Below are positions 14,531 to 29,679 of a stretch of 64,000 bases of DNA, one piece after another; position 1 is the stretch's first letter, and each line of letters starts with the position of its first letter. Both the position numbers and the translations under genes were made by a program. The notes beneath the pieces were generated by a model. It did no database searches. It saw nothing but the letters and a program-made list of their open reading frames with translations, and was not told where the DNA came from. Source of the stretch: the human T2T-CHM13v2.0 reference genome, Homo sapiens; assembly GCF_009914755.1 (NCBI RefSeq), contig NC_060937.1; one strand, written 5' to 3'.

Positions 14531-17400
14531 TATTCTATAGTGTACATAAAATATCAAAGTACCCAAACTATACATTATATACTGTAAATAAAATATGAAA
14601 TTACATCAAATATATTTTATATTAGGTACATAAAATATGAAAGTACATCAAATATATATTTTATTCTGTACATAAAATATCAAAGTACACCAGATATATA
14701 TTGTATACTGTACATAAAATATCAAAGTACCCAAACTATACGTTATATACTGTACATAAAATATGAAATTACATCAAATATATTTTATATTGGGTACATA
14801 AAATATGAAAGTACATCAAATACAGATTATATACTGTACATTAAATACCAAAGTACCCCAAATATATATTTTATACTGTACATGAAATATCAAATTTCAC
14901 AAACTATATATTATATACGGTACATATAATATCAAAGTACCCAAGGTATATATTCTATACTGTACAAAAAATAACAAAGTACCAAAAGCATGTATTATAT
15001 ACTGTACCTAAAATATGAAAGTACATCAGATATATATTTTATTCTGTACATAAAATATCAAAGTACACCAGATATATATTCTATAGTGTACATAAAATAT
15101 CAAAGTACCCAAACTATACATTATATACTGTACATAAAATATGAAATTACATCAAATATATATTATATTAGGTACATAAAATATGAAAGTACATGAAATA
15201 TAGATTATATACTGTACATAAAATATCAAGGTACCCCAAATATATATTATATACTCTACATGAAATATCAAAGTTCTGAAACTATATATTATATACTGTA
15301 CATAAAATATCAAAGTACCCAAGGTATATATTCTATACTGTACAAAAAATAACAAAGTACCAAAAGCATGTATAATATACTGTACATAAAATATGAAAGT
15401 ACATCGAATATATATTTTATTCTTTACATAAAATATCAAAGTACACCAGATTTATATTCTATAGTGTACATAAAATATCAAAGTACCCAAACTATACATT
15501 ATATACTGTAAATAAAATATGAAATTACATCAAATATATTTTATATTAGGTACATAAAATATGAAAGTACATCAAATATATATTTTATTCTGTACATAAA
15601 ATATCAAAGTACACCAGATATATATTCTATAGTGTACATAAAATATCAAATTACCCAAACTATACATTATATACTGTACATAAAATATGAAATTACATCA
15701 AATATATTTTATATTAGGTACATAAAATATGAAAGTACATCAAATATAGATTATATACTGTACATTAAATACCAAATTACCCCAAATATATATTTTATAC
15801 TGTACATGAAATATCAAAGTTCACAAACTATGTATTATATACTGTACATATAATATCAAAGTACCCAAGGTATATATTCTATACTGTACAAAAAATAACA
15901 AAGCACCAAAAGCATGTATAATATACTGTACATAAAATATGAAAGTACATCAAATATATATTTTATTCTGTACATAAAATATCAAAGTACACCAGATATA
16001 TATTCTATAGTGTACATAAAATATCAAAGTACCCAAACTATACATTATATACTGTAAATAAAATATGAAATTACATCAAATATATTTTATATTAGGTACA
16101 TAAAATATGAAAGTACATCAAATATATATTTTATTCTGTACATAAAATATCAAAGTACACCAGATATATATTCTATAGTGTACATAAAATATCAAAGTAC
16201 CCAAACGATACATTATATACTGTACATAAAATATGAAATTACATCAAATATATATTATATTAGGTACATAAAATATGAAAGTACATGAAATATAGATTAT
16301 ATACTGTACATAAAATAGCAAGGTACCCCAAATATATATTATATACTCTACATGAAATATCAAAGTTCACAAACTATATATTATATACTGTACATAAAAT
16401 ATCAAAGTACCCAAGGTATATATTCTATACTGTACAAAAAATAACAAAGTAGCAAAAGCATGTATAATATACTGTACATAAAATATGAAAGTACAACAAA
16501 TATATATTTTATTCTGTACATAAAATATCAAAGTACACCCGATATATATTCTATAGTGTACATAAAATATCAAAGTACCCAAACTATACATTATATACTG
16601 TAAATAAAATATGAAATTACATCAAATATATTTTATATTAGGTACATAAAATATGAAAGTACATCAAATATATATGTTATTCTGTACATAAAATATCAAA
16701 GTACACCAGATATATATTGTATACTGTACATAAAATATCAAAGTACCCAAACTATACGTTATATACTGTACATAAAATATGAAATTACATCAAATATATT
16801 TTATATTGGGTACATAAAATATGAAAGTACATCAAATACAGATTATATACTGCACATTAAATACCAAAGTACCCCAAATATATATTTTATACTGTACATG
16901 AAATATCAAATTTCACAAACTATATATTATATACTGTACATATAATATCAAAGTACCCAAGGTATATATTCTATACTGTACAAAAAATAACAAAGTACCA
17001 AAAGCATGTATTATATACTGTACCTAAAATATGAAAGTACATCAGATATATATTTTATTCTGTACATAAAATATCAAAGTACACCAGATATATATTCTAT
17101 AGTGTACATAAAATATCAAAGTACCCAAGGTATATATTCTATACTGTACAAAAAATAACAAAGTACCAAAAGCATGTATAATATACTGTACATAAAATAT
17201 GAAAGTACATCGAATATATATTTTATTCTTTACATAAAATATCAAAGTACACCAGATTTATATTCTATAGTGTACATAAAATATCAAAGTACCCAAACTA
17301 TACATTATATACTGTAAATAAAATATGAAATTACATCAAATATATTTTATATTAGGTACATAAAATATGAAAGTACATCAAATATATATTTTATTCTGTA
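14470..17400. repeat. Partial tandem duplication with 2016-bp offset (48 monomers); second copy has a 210-bp deletion
   Basis: The marker series gtacaacaaa, cacccgat, ttgtatac, tacgtt, attgggtac, atacagatt, catcagat, catcgaat, ctttac starts at 14475 and again at 16491. Confidence 0.8.
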
Positions 17401-18399
17401 CATAAAATATCAAAGTACACCAGATATATATTCTATAGTGTCCATAAAATATCAAAGTACCCAAACTCTACATTATATACTGTAAATAAAATATGAAATT
17501 ACATCAAATATATTTTATATTAGGTACATAAAATATGAAAGTACATCAAATATAGATTATATACTGTACAATAAATACCAAATTACCCCAAATATATATT
17601 TTATACTGTACATGAAAAATCAAATTTCACAAACTATATATTATATACTGTACATATAATATCAAAGTACCCAAGGTATATATTCTATACTGTACAAAAA
17701 ATAACAAAGTACCAAAAGCATGTATTATATACTGTACCTAAAATATGAAAGTACATCAAATATATATTTTATTCTGTACATAAAATATCAAAGTACACCA
17801 GATATATATTCTATAGTGTACATAAAATATCAAAGTACCCAAACTATACATTATATACTGTAAATAAAATATGAAATTACATCAAATATATTTTATATTA
17901 GGTACATAAAATATGAAAGTACATCAAATATATATTTTATTCTGTACATAAAATATCAAAGTACACCAGATATATATTCTATAGTGTACATAAAATATCA
18001 AAGTACCCAAACTATACATTATATACTGTAAATAAAATATGAAATTACATCAAATATATTTTATATTAGGTACATAAAATATGAAAGTACATCAAATATA
18101 GATTATATACTGTACATTAAATACCAAATTACCCCAAATATATATTTTATACTGTACATGAAATATCAAATTTCACAAACTATATATTATATACTGTACG
18201 TATAATATCAAAGTACCCAAGGTATATATTCTATACTGTACAAAAAATAACAAAGTACCAAAAGCATGTATTATATACTGTACCTAAAATATGAAAGTAC
18301 ATCAAATATATATTTTATTCTATACATAAAATATCAAAGTACACCAGATATATATTCTATAGTGTACATAAAATATCAAAGTACCCAAACTATACATTA

Positions 18400-21300
18400 T
18401 ATACTGTAAATAAAATATGAAATTACATCAAATATATTTTATATTAGGTACATAAAATATGAAAGTACATCAAATATAGATTATATACTGTACATTAAAT
18501 ACGAAAGTACCCCAAATATATATTTTATACTGTACATGAAATATCAAACTTCACAAACTATATATTATATACTGTACATAAATTATCAAAGTACCCAAGG
18601 TATATATTCTATACTGTACAAAAAATATCAAAGTACCCAAAGCATGTATTATATACTGTACATAAAATATGAAAGTACATCAAATATATATTTTATTCTG
18701 AACATAAAACATCAAACTACAGCAGATATATATTCTATAGTGTATATAAAATATCAAAGTATCCAAACTATACATTATACAGTGTACATAAAATATGAAA
18801 TTATATCAAATATATATTATATTAGGTACATAATATATGAAAGTACATCAAATATAGATTATATACTGTACATAAAATATCAAAGTACCCCAAATATACA
18901 TTATATACTCTACATGAAATATCAAAGTTCACAAACTTTATATTATATACTGTACATAAAATATCAAAGTACCCAAGGTATATATTCTATACTGTACAAA
19001 AAATATCAAAGTACCCAAAGCATGTATTATATACTGTACATAAAATATGAAAGTACATCAAATATATATTTTATTCTGTACATAAAACATCAAAGTACAC
19101 CAGATATATATTCTATAGTGTACATAAAATATAAAAGTACCCAAACTATACATTATATACTGTACATAAAATATGAAATTATATCAAATATATATTATAT
19201 TAGGTACATAATATGTGAAAGTACATCAAATATAGATTATATACTGTACATAAAATATCAAAGTACCCCAAATATATATTATATACTCTACATGAAATAT
19301 CAAAGTTCACAAACTATATATTATATACTGTACATAAAATATCAAAGTACCCAAGGTATATATTCTATACTGTACAAAAAATATCAAAATACCCAAAGCA
19401 TGTATTATATACTGTACATAAAATATGAAAGTACATCAAATATATATTTTATTCTCTACATAAAATATCAAAGTACACCAGATATATATTCTATAGTGTA
19501 CATAAAATATCAAAGTACCCAAACTATACATTATATACTGTACATAACATATGAAATTACATCAAATATATTTTATATTAGGTACATAAAATATGAAAGT
19601 ACATCAAATATAGATTATATACTGTACATTAAATACCAAAGTACCCCAAATATATATTTTATACTGTACATGAAATATCAGAGTTCACAAACTATATATT
19701 ATATACTGTACATATAATATCAAAATACCAAAGGTATATATTCTATACTGTACAAAAAATAACAAAGTACCAAAAGCATGTATTATATACAGTACCTAAA
19801 ATATGAAAATACATCAAATATATATTTTAATCTGTACATAAAATATCAAAGTACACCAGATATATATTCTAGAGTGTACATAAAATATCAAAGTACCCAA
19901 ACTATACATTACATACTGTAAATAAAATATGAAATTACATCAAATATATATTATATTAGGTACATAAAATATGAAAGTACATGAAATATAGATTATATAC
20001 TGTACATAAAATATCAAGGTACCCCAAATATATATTATATACTCTACATGAAATATCAAAGTTCACAAACTATATATTATATACTGTACATATAATATCA
20101 AAGTACCCAAGGTATATATTCTATACTGTACAAAAAATAACAAAGTACCAAAAGCATGTATTATATACTGTACCTAAAATATGAAAGTACATCAAATATA
20201 TATTTTATTCTGTACATAAAATATCAAAGTACACCAGATATATATTCTATAGTGTACATAAAATATCAAAGTACCCAAACTATACATTATATACTGTACA
20301 TAAAATATGAAATTACATCAAATATATTTTATATTAGGTACATAAAATATGAAAGTACATCAAATATAGATTATATACTGTACATTAAATACCAAAGTAC
20401 CCCAAATATATATTTTATACTGTACATGAAATATCAAAATACACAAACTATATATTATATACTGTACATAAAATATCAAAGTACCCAAGGTATATATTCT
20501 ATACTGTACAAAAAATAACAAGGTACCAAAAGCATGTATAATATACTGTACATAAAATATGAAAGTACATCAAATATATATTTTATTCTGTACATAAAAT
20601 ATCAAAGTACACCAGAAAGATATTCTATAGTGTACATAAAATATCAAAGTACCCAAACTATACATTATATACTGTAAATAAAATATGAAATTACATCAAA
20701 TATATTTTATATTAGGTACATAAAATATGAAAGTACATCAAATATATATTTTATTCTGTACATAAAATATCAAAGTACACCAGATATGTATTCTATAGTG
20801 TACATAAAATATCAAGGTACCCAAACTATACATTATATACTGTAAATAAAATATGAAATTACATCAAATATATTTTATATTAGGTACATAAAATATGAAA
20901 GTACATCAAATATAGATTATATACTGTACATTAAATACGAAGGTACCCCAAATATATATTTTATACTGTATATGAAATATCAAAGTTCACAAACTATATA
21001 TTATATACTGTACATAAATTATCAAAGTACCCAAGGTATATATTCTATACTGTACAAAAAATATCAAAGTACCCAAAGCATGTATTATATACAGTACCTA
21101 AAATATGAAAGTACATCAAATATATATTTTATTCTGTACATAAAACATCAAAGTACACCAGATATATATTCTATAGTGTACATAAAATATCAAAGTACCC
21201 AAACTATACATTATATAGTTTACATAAAATATGAAATTATATCAAATATATATTATATTAGGTACATAATATATGAAAGTACATCAAATATAGATTATAT

Positions 21301-24300
21301 ACTGTACATAAAATATCAAAGTACCCCAAATATATATTATATACTCTACATGACATATCAAAGTTCACAAACTTTATATTATATACTGTACATAAAATAT
21401 CAAAGTACCCAAGGTATATATTCTATACTGTACAAAAAATATCAAAGTACACAAAGCATGTATTATATACTGTACATAAAATATGAAAGTACATCAAATA
21501 TATATTTTATTCTGTACATAAAACATCAAAGTACACCAGATATATATTCTACAGTGTACATAAAATATAAATTACCCAAACTATACATTATATACTGTAC
21601 ATAAAATATGAAATTATATCAAATATATATTATATTAGGTACATAATATATGAAAGTACATCAAATATAGATTATATACTGTACATAAAATATCAAAGTA
21701 CCCCAAATATATATTATATACTCTACATGAAATCTCAAAGTTCACAAACTATATATTATATACTGTACATAAAATATCAAAGTACCCAAGGTATATATTC
21801 TATAGTGTACAAAAAATATCAAAATACCCAAAGCATGTATTATGTACTGTACATAAAATATGAAAGTACATCAAATATATATTTTATTCTCTACATAAAA
21901 TATCAAAGTACACCAGATATATATTCTATAGTGTACATAAAATATCAAAGTACCCAAACTATACATTATATACTGTACATAAAATATGAAATTACATCAA
22001 ATATATTTTATATTAGGTACATAAAATATGAAAGTACATCAAATATAGATTATATACTGTACATTAAATACCAAAGTACCCCAAATATATATTTTATACT
22101 GTACATGAAATATCAGAGTTCACAAACTATATATTATATACTGTACATATAATATCAAAGTACCCAAGGTATATATTCTATATTGTACAAAAAATAATAA
22201 AGTACCAAAAGCATGTATTATATACTGTACCTAAAATATGAAAATACATCAAATATATATTTTATTCTGTACATAAAATATCAAAGTACACCAGATATAT
22301 ATTCTATAGTGTACATAAAATATCAAAGTACCCAAACTATACATTATATACTGTAAATATAATATGAAATTACATCAAATATATTTTATATTAGGTACAT
22401 AAAATATGAAAGTACATCAAATATAGATTATATACTGTACATTAAATACCAAAGTACACCAAATATATATTTTATACTGTACATGAAATATCAAAATACA
22501 CAAACTATATATTATATACTGTACATAAAATATCAAACTACCCAAGGTATATATTCTATACTGTACAAAAAATAACAAAGTACCAAAAGCATGTATAATA
22601 TACTGTACATAAAATATGAAAGTACATCAAATATATATTTTATTCTGTACATAAAATATCAAAGTACACCAGATATATATTCTATAGTGTACATAAAATA
22701 TCAAAGTACCCAAACTATACATTATATACTGTAAATAAAATATGAAATTACATCAAATATATTTTATATTAGGTACATAAAATATGAAAGTACATCAAAT
22801 ATATATTTTATTCTGTACATAAAATATCAAAGTACACCAGATATGTATTCTATAGTGTACATAAAATATAAAAGTACCCAAACTATACATTATATACTGT
22901 ACATAAAATATGAAATTATATCAAATATATATTATATTAGGTACATAATATATGAAAGTACATCAAATATAGATTATATACTGTACATAAAATATCAAAG
23001 TACCCCAAATATATATTATATACTCTACATGAAATATCAAAGTTCACAAACTATATATTATATACTGTACATAAAATATCAAAGTACCCAAGGTATATAT
23101 TCTATACTGTACAAAAAATATCAAAATACCCAAAGCATGTATTATATACTGTGCATAAAATATGAAAGTACATCAAATATATATTTTATTCTGTACATAA
23201 AATATCAAAGTACACCAGATATATATTCTATAGTGTACATAAAATATCAAAGTACCGAAACTATACATTATATACTGTAAATAAAATATGAAATTACATC
23301 AAATATATTTTATATTAGGTACATAAAATATGAAAGTACATCAAATATAGATTATATACTGTACATTAAATACGAAAGTACCCCAAATATATATTTTATA
23401 CTGTACATGAAATATCAAACTTCACAAACTATATATTATATACTGTACATAAATTATCAAAGTACCCAAGGTATATATTCTATACTGTACAAAAAATATC
23501 AAAGTACCCAAAGCATGTATTATATACTGTACATAAAATATGAAAGTACATCAAATATATATTTTATTCTGAACATAAAACATCAAACTACAGCAGATAT
23601 ATATTCTATAGTGTATATAAAATATCAAAGTATCCAAACTATACATTATACAGTGTACATAAAATATGAAATTATATCAAATATATATTATATTAGGTAC
23701 ATAATATATGAAAGTACATCAAATATAGATTATATACTGTACATAAAATATCAAAGTACCCCAAATATACATTATATACTCTACATGAAATATCAAAGTT
23801 CACAAACTTTATATTATATACTGTACATAAAATATCAAAGTACCCAAGGTATATATTCTATACTGTACAAAAAATATCAAAGTACCCAAAGCATGTATTA
23901 TATACTGTACATAAAATATGAAAGTACATCAAATATATATTTTATTCTGTACATAAAACATCAAAGTACACCAGATATATATTCTATAGTGTACATAAAA
24001 TATAAAAGTACCCAAACTATACATTATATACTGTACATAAAATATGAAATTATATCAAATATATATTATATTAGGTACATAATATATGAAAGTACATCAA
24101 ATATAGATTATATACTGTACATAAAATATCAAAGTACCCCAAATATATATTATATACTCTACATGAAATATCAAAGTTCACAAACTATATATTATATACT
24201 GTACATAAAATATCAAAGTACCCAAGGTATATATTCTATACTGTACAAAAAATATCAAAATACCCAAAGCATGTATTATATACTGTACATAAAATATGAA

Positions 24301-27300
24301 AGTACATCAAATATATATTTTATTCTCTACATAAAATATCAAAGTACACCAGATATATATTCTATAGTGTACATAAAATATCAAAGTACCCAAACTATAC
24401 ATTATATACTGTACATAACATATGAAATTACATCAAATATATTTTATATTAGGTACATAAAATATGAAAGTACATCAAATATAGATTATATACTGTACAT
24501 TAAATACCAAAGTACCCCAAATATATATTTTATACTGTACATGAAATATCAGAGTTCACAAACTATATATTATATACTGTACATATAATATCAAAATACC
24601 AAAGGTATATATTCTATACTGTACAAAAAATAACAAAGTACCAAAAGCATGTATTATATACAGTACCTAAAATATGAAAATACATCAAATATATATTTTA
24701 ATCTGTACATAAAATATCAAAGTACACCAGATATATATTCTAGAGTGTACATAAAATATCAAAGTACCCAAACTATACATTACATACTGTAAATAAAATA
24801 TGAAATTACATCAAATATATATTATATTAGGTACATAAAATATGAAAGTACATGAAATATAGATTATATACTGTACATAAAATATCAAGGTACCCCAAAT
24901 ATATATTATATACTCTACATGAAATATCAAAGTTCACAAACTATATATTATATACTGTACATATAATATCAAAGTACCCAAGGTATATATTCTATACTGT
25001 ACAAAAAATAACAAAGTACCAAAAGCATGTATTATATACTGTACCTAAAATATGAAAGTACATCAAATATATATTTTATTCTGTACATAAAATATCAAAG
25101 TACACCAGATATATATTCTATAGTGTACATAAAATATCAAAGTACCCAAACTATACATTATATACTGTACATAAAATATGAAATTACATCAAATATATTT
25201 TATATTAGGTACATAAAATATGAAAGTACATCAAATATAGATTATATACTGTACATTAAATACCAAAGTACCCCAAATATATATTTTATACTGTACATGA
25301 AATATCAAAATACACAAACTATATATTATATACTGTACATAAAATATCAAAGTACCCAAGGTATATATTCTATACTGTACAAAAAATAACAAGGTACCAA
25401 AAGCATGTATAATATACTGTACATAAAATATGAAAGTACATCAAATATATATTTTATTCTGTACATAAAATATCAAAGTACACCAGAAAGATATTCTATA
25501 GTGTACATAAAATATCAAAGTACCCAAACTATACATTATATACTGTAAATAAAATATGAAATTACATCAAATATATTTTATATTAGGTACATAAAATATG
25601 AAAGTACATCAAATATATATTTTATTCTGTACATAAAATATCAAAGTACACCAGATATGTATTCTATAGTGTACATAAAATATCAAGGTACCCAAACTAT
25701 ACATTATATACTGTAAATAAAATATGAAATTACATCAAATATATTTTATATTAGGTACATAAAATATGAAAGTACATCAAATATAGATTATATACTGTAC
25801 ATTAAATACGAAGGTACCCCAAATATATATTTTATACTGTATATGAAATATCAAAGTTCACAAACTATATATTATATACTGTACATAAATTATCAAAGTA
25901 CCCAAGGTATATATTCTATACTGTACAAAAAATATCAAAGTACCCAAAGCATGTATTATATACAGTACCTAAAATATGAAAGTACATCAAATATATATTT
26001 TATTCTGTACATAAAACATCAAAGTACACCAGATATATATTCTATAGTGTACATAAAATATCAAAGTACCCAAACTATACATTATATAGTTTACATAAAA
26101 TATGAAATTATATCAAATATATATTATATTAGGTACATAATATATGAAAGTACATCAAATATAGATTATATACTGTACATAAAATATCAAAGTACCCCAA
26201 ATATATATTATATACTCTACATGACATATCAAAGTTCACAAACTTTATATTATATACTGTACATAAAATATCAAAGTACCCAAGGTATATATTCTATACT
26301 GTACAAAAAATATCAAAGTACACAAAGCATGTATTATATACTGTACATAAAATATGAAAGTACATCAAATATATATTTTATTCTGTACATAAAACATCAA
26401 AGTACACCAGATATATATTCTACAGTGTACATAAAATATAAATTACCCAAACTATACATTATATACTGTACATGAAATATGAAATTATATCAAATATATA
26501 TTATATTAGGTACATAATATATGAAAGTACATCAAATATAGATTATATACTGTACATAAAATATCAAAGTACCCCAAATATATATTATATACTCTACATG
26601 AAATCTCAAAGTTCACAAACTATATATTATATACTGTACATAAAATATCAAAGTACCCAAGGTATATATTCTATAGTGTACAAAAAATATCAAAATACCC
26701 AAAGCATGTATTATGTACTGTACATAAAATATGAAAGTACATCAAATATATATTTTATTCTCTACATAAAATATCAAAGTACACCAGATATATATTCTAT
26801 AGTGTACATAAAATATCAAAGTACCCAAACTATACATTATATACTGTACATAAAATATGAAATTACATCAAATATATTTTATATTAGGTACATAAAATAT
26901 GAAAGTACATCAAATATAGATTATATACTGTACATTAAATACCAAAGTACCCCAAATATATATTTTATACTGTACATGAAATATCAGAGTTCACAAACTA
27001 TATATTATATACTGTACATATAATATCAAAGTACCCAAGGTATATATTCTATATTGTACAAAAAATAATAAAGTACCAAAAGCATGTATTATATACTGTA
27101 CCTAAAATATGAAAATACATCAAATATATATTTTATTCTGTACATAAAATATCAAAGTACACCAGATATATATTCTATAGTGTACATAAAATATCAAAGT
27201 ACCCAAACTATACATTATATACTGTAAATATAATATGAAATTACATCAAATATATTTTATATTAGGTACATAAAATATGAAAGTACATCAAATATAGATT

Positions 27301-28150
27301 ATATACTGTACATTAAATACCAAAGTACACCAAATATATATTTTATACTGTACATGAAATATCAAAATACACAAACTATATATTATATACTGTACATAAA
27401 ATATCAAACTACCCAAGGTATATATTCTATACTGTACAAAAAATAACAAAGTACCAAAAGCATGTATAATATACTGTACATAAAATATGAAAGTACATCA
27501 AATATATATTTTATTCTGTACATAAAATATCAAAGTACACCAGATATATATTCTATAGTGTACATAAAATATCAAAGTACCCAAACTATACATTATATAC
27601 TGTAAATAAAATATGAAATTACATCAAATATATTTTATATTAGGTACATAAAATATGAAAGTACATCAAATATATATTTTATTCTGTACATAAAATATCA
27701 AAGTACACCAGATATGTATTCTATAGTGTACATAAAATATAAAAGTACCCAAACTATACATTATATACTGTACATAAAATATGAAATTATATCAAATATA
27801 TATTATATTAGGTACATAATATATGAAAGTACATCAAATATAGATTATATACTGTACATAAAATATCAAAGTACCCCAAATATATATTATATACTCTACA
27901 TGAAATATCAAAGTTCACAAACTATATATTATATACTGTACATAAAATATCAAAGTACCCAAGGTATATATTCTATACTGTACAAAAAATATCAAAATAC
28001 CCAAAGCATGTATTATATACTGTGCATAAAATATGAAAGTACATCAAATATATATTTTATTCTGTACATAAAATATCAAAGTACACCAGATATATATTCT
28101 ATAGTGTACATAAAATATCAAAGTACCGAAACTATACATTATATACTGTA
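18400..28150. repeat. Tandem duplication, 2 x 4871 bp (116 monomers minus 1 bp)
   Basis: ORF pairs 18536/23407, 19981/24852, 20156/25027, 20972/25843 and 22843/27714 are all offset by 4871. Many private variants are shared (agcagat, gaaaga, tagagtg, gacatatc, and the 1-bp deletion in ataaattaccc). Confidence 0.93.
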
Positions 28151-29679
28151 CATAAAATATGAAATTACATCAGATATATTTTATATTAGGTACATAAAAT
28201 ATGAAAGTACATCAAATATAGATTATATACTGTACATTAAATACCAAAGTACCCCAAATATATATTTTATACTGTACATGAAATATCAGAGTTCACAAAC
28301 TATATATTATATACTGTACATATAATATCAAAGAACCCAAGGTATATATTCTATACTGTACAAAAAACAACAAAGTACCAAAAGCATGTATTATATACTG
28401 TACCTAAAATATGAAAATACATCAAATATATATTTTATTCTGTACATAAAATATCAAAGTACACCAGATATATATTCTATAGTGTACATAAAATATCAAA
28501 GTACCCAAGCTATACATTACATACTGTACATAAAATATGAAATTACATCAAATATATATTATATTAGGTACATAAAATATGAAAGTACATGAAATATAGA
28601 TTATATACTGTACATAAAATATCAAGGTACCACAAATATATATTATATACTCTACATGAAATATCAAAGTTCACAAACTATATATTATATACTGTACATA
28701 TAATATCAAAGTACCCAAGGTATATATTCTATACTGTACAAAAAATAACAAAGTACCAAAAGCATGTATTATATACTGTACCTAAAATATGAAAGTACAT
28801 CAAATATGTATTTTATTCTGTACATAAAATATCAAAGTACACCAGATATATATTCTATAGTGTACATAAAATATCAAAGTACCCAAACTATACATTATAT
28901 ACTGTAAATAAAATATGAAATTACATCAAATATATTTTATATTAGGTACATAAAATATGAAAGTACATCAAATATATATTTTATTCTGTACATAAAATAT
29001 CAAACTACACCAGATATATATTCTATAGTGTACATAAAATATCAAAGTACCCAAACTCTACATTATATACTGTACATAAAATATGAAATTACATCAAATA
29101 TATTTTATATTAGGTACATAAAATATGAAAGAACATCAAATATAGATTATATACTGTACATTAAATACCAAAGTACCCCAAATATATATTTTATACTGTA
29201 CATGAAATATCAAAGTTCACAAACTATATATTATATACTGTACATATAATATCAAAGTACCCAAGGTATATATTCTATACTGTACAAAAAATAACAAAGT
29301 ACCAAAAGCATGTATTATATACTGTACCTAAAATATGAAAGTACATCAAATATATATTTTATTCTGTACATAAAATATCAAAGTACACCAGATATATATT
29401 CTATAGTGTACATAAAATATCAAAGTACCCAAACTATACATTATATACTGTACATAAAATATGAAATTACATCAAATATATATTATATTAGGTACATAAA
29501 ATATGAAAGTACATGAAATATAGATTATATACTGTACATAAAATATCAAGGTACCCCAAATATATATTATATACTCTACTTGAAATATCAAAGTTCTCAA
29601 ACTATATATTATATACTGTACATAAAATATCAAAGTACCCAAGGTATATATTCTATACTGTACAAAAAATAACAAAGTA

